Source of the DNA: Malacoraja senta
Taxonomy: Eukaryota
Assembly: GCA_038087875.1 (NCBI GenBank)
Contig: CM075980.1
Location: forward strand, 57,598,001 to 57,662,000
DNA length: 64,000 bases
Direction of reading: 5' to 3'
Below, one piece after another: positions 63,901-64,000 of this stretch. A program made the translations under genes and the position numbers. How positions within the stretch are numbered: position 1 is the stretch's first letter; every line of letters begins with the position of its first letter. The notes beneath the pieces were generated by a model. The model was not told the origin of the DNA. It worked only from the letters and a program-made list of their open reading frames with translations, and made no database searches.

Positions 63901-64000
63901 ACATGACAGTATGACCTTATTTGGGCAGGTACAAGGATAGAAAACATTTAGACGGATATGCGCCAAACACAGGCAGACAGAAATACCTCAGATAGACATC

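Overview
Eukaryotic (vertebrate) genomic DNA. The repeat content (HE1/V-SINE-like tRNA SINEs sharing tails with CR1 LINEs) points to a cartilaginous fish, probably a skate or ray; this is an inference. The window holds the whole coding region of ARIH2 (Ariadne-2/TRIAD1 RBR E3 ubiquitin ligase) on the minus strand: 14 coding exons from ATG 56480 to TAA 4611, all GT-AG, 1467 nt = 488 aa. It also has a ~1.9 kb repeat-free 3' UTR and a 20-codon uORF just before the start; the promoter is not evident in the window. The introns are dense with often nested transposons: a full-length L1, CR1, Rex/Babar, RTE-like and Penelope retroelements, and Tc1, hAT, Harbinger, Academ-like and Helitron-like DNA elements. 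Most notable: (1) A Penelope GIY-YIG fragment ends in a minimal hammerhead-ribozyme motif. The same terminal module occurs in about 15 short, non-coding, often palindromic elements, three with their own 12-15 bp TSDs, which suggests a non-autonomous ribozyme-bearing retroelement family. (2) The L1 has a 49-bp TSD and an in-frame endonuclease deletion and sits in a three-level nest. (3) Three different non-autonomous DNA elements appear to carry captured gene-like fragments. Exon and TSD coordinates were counted by hand; boundaries of decayed repeats are approximate and family names come from motif recognition, not database searches.
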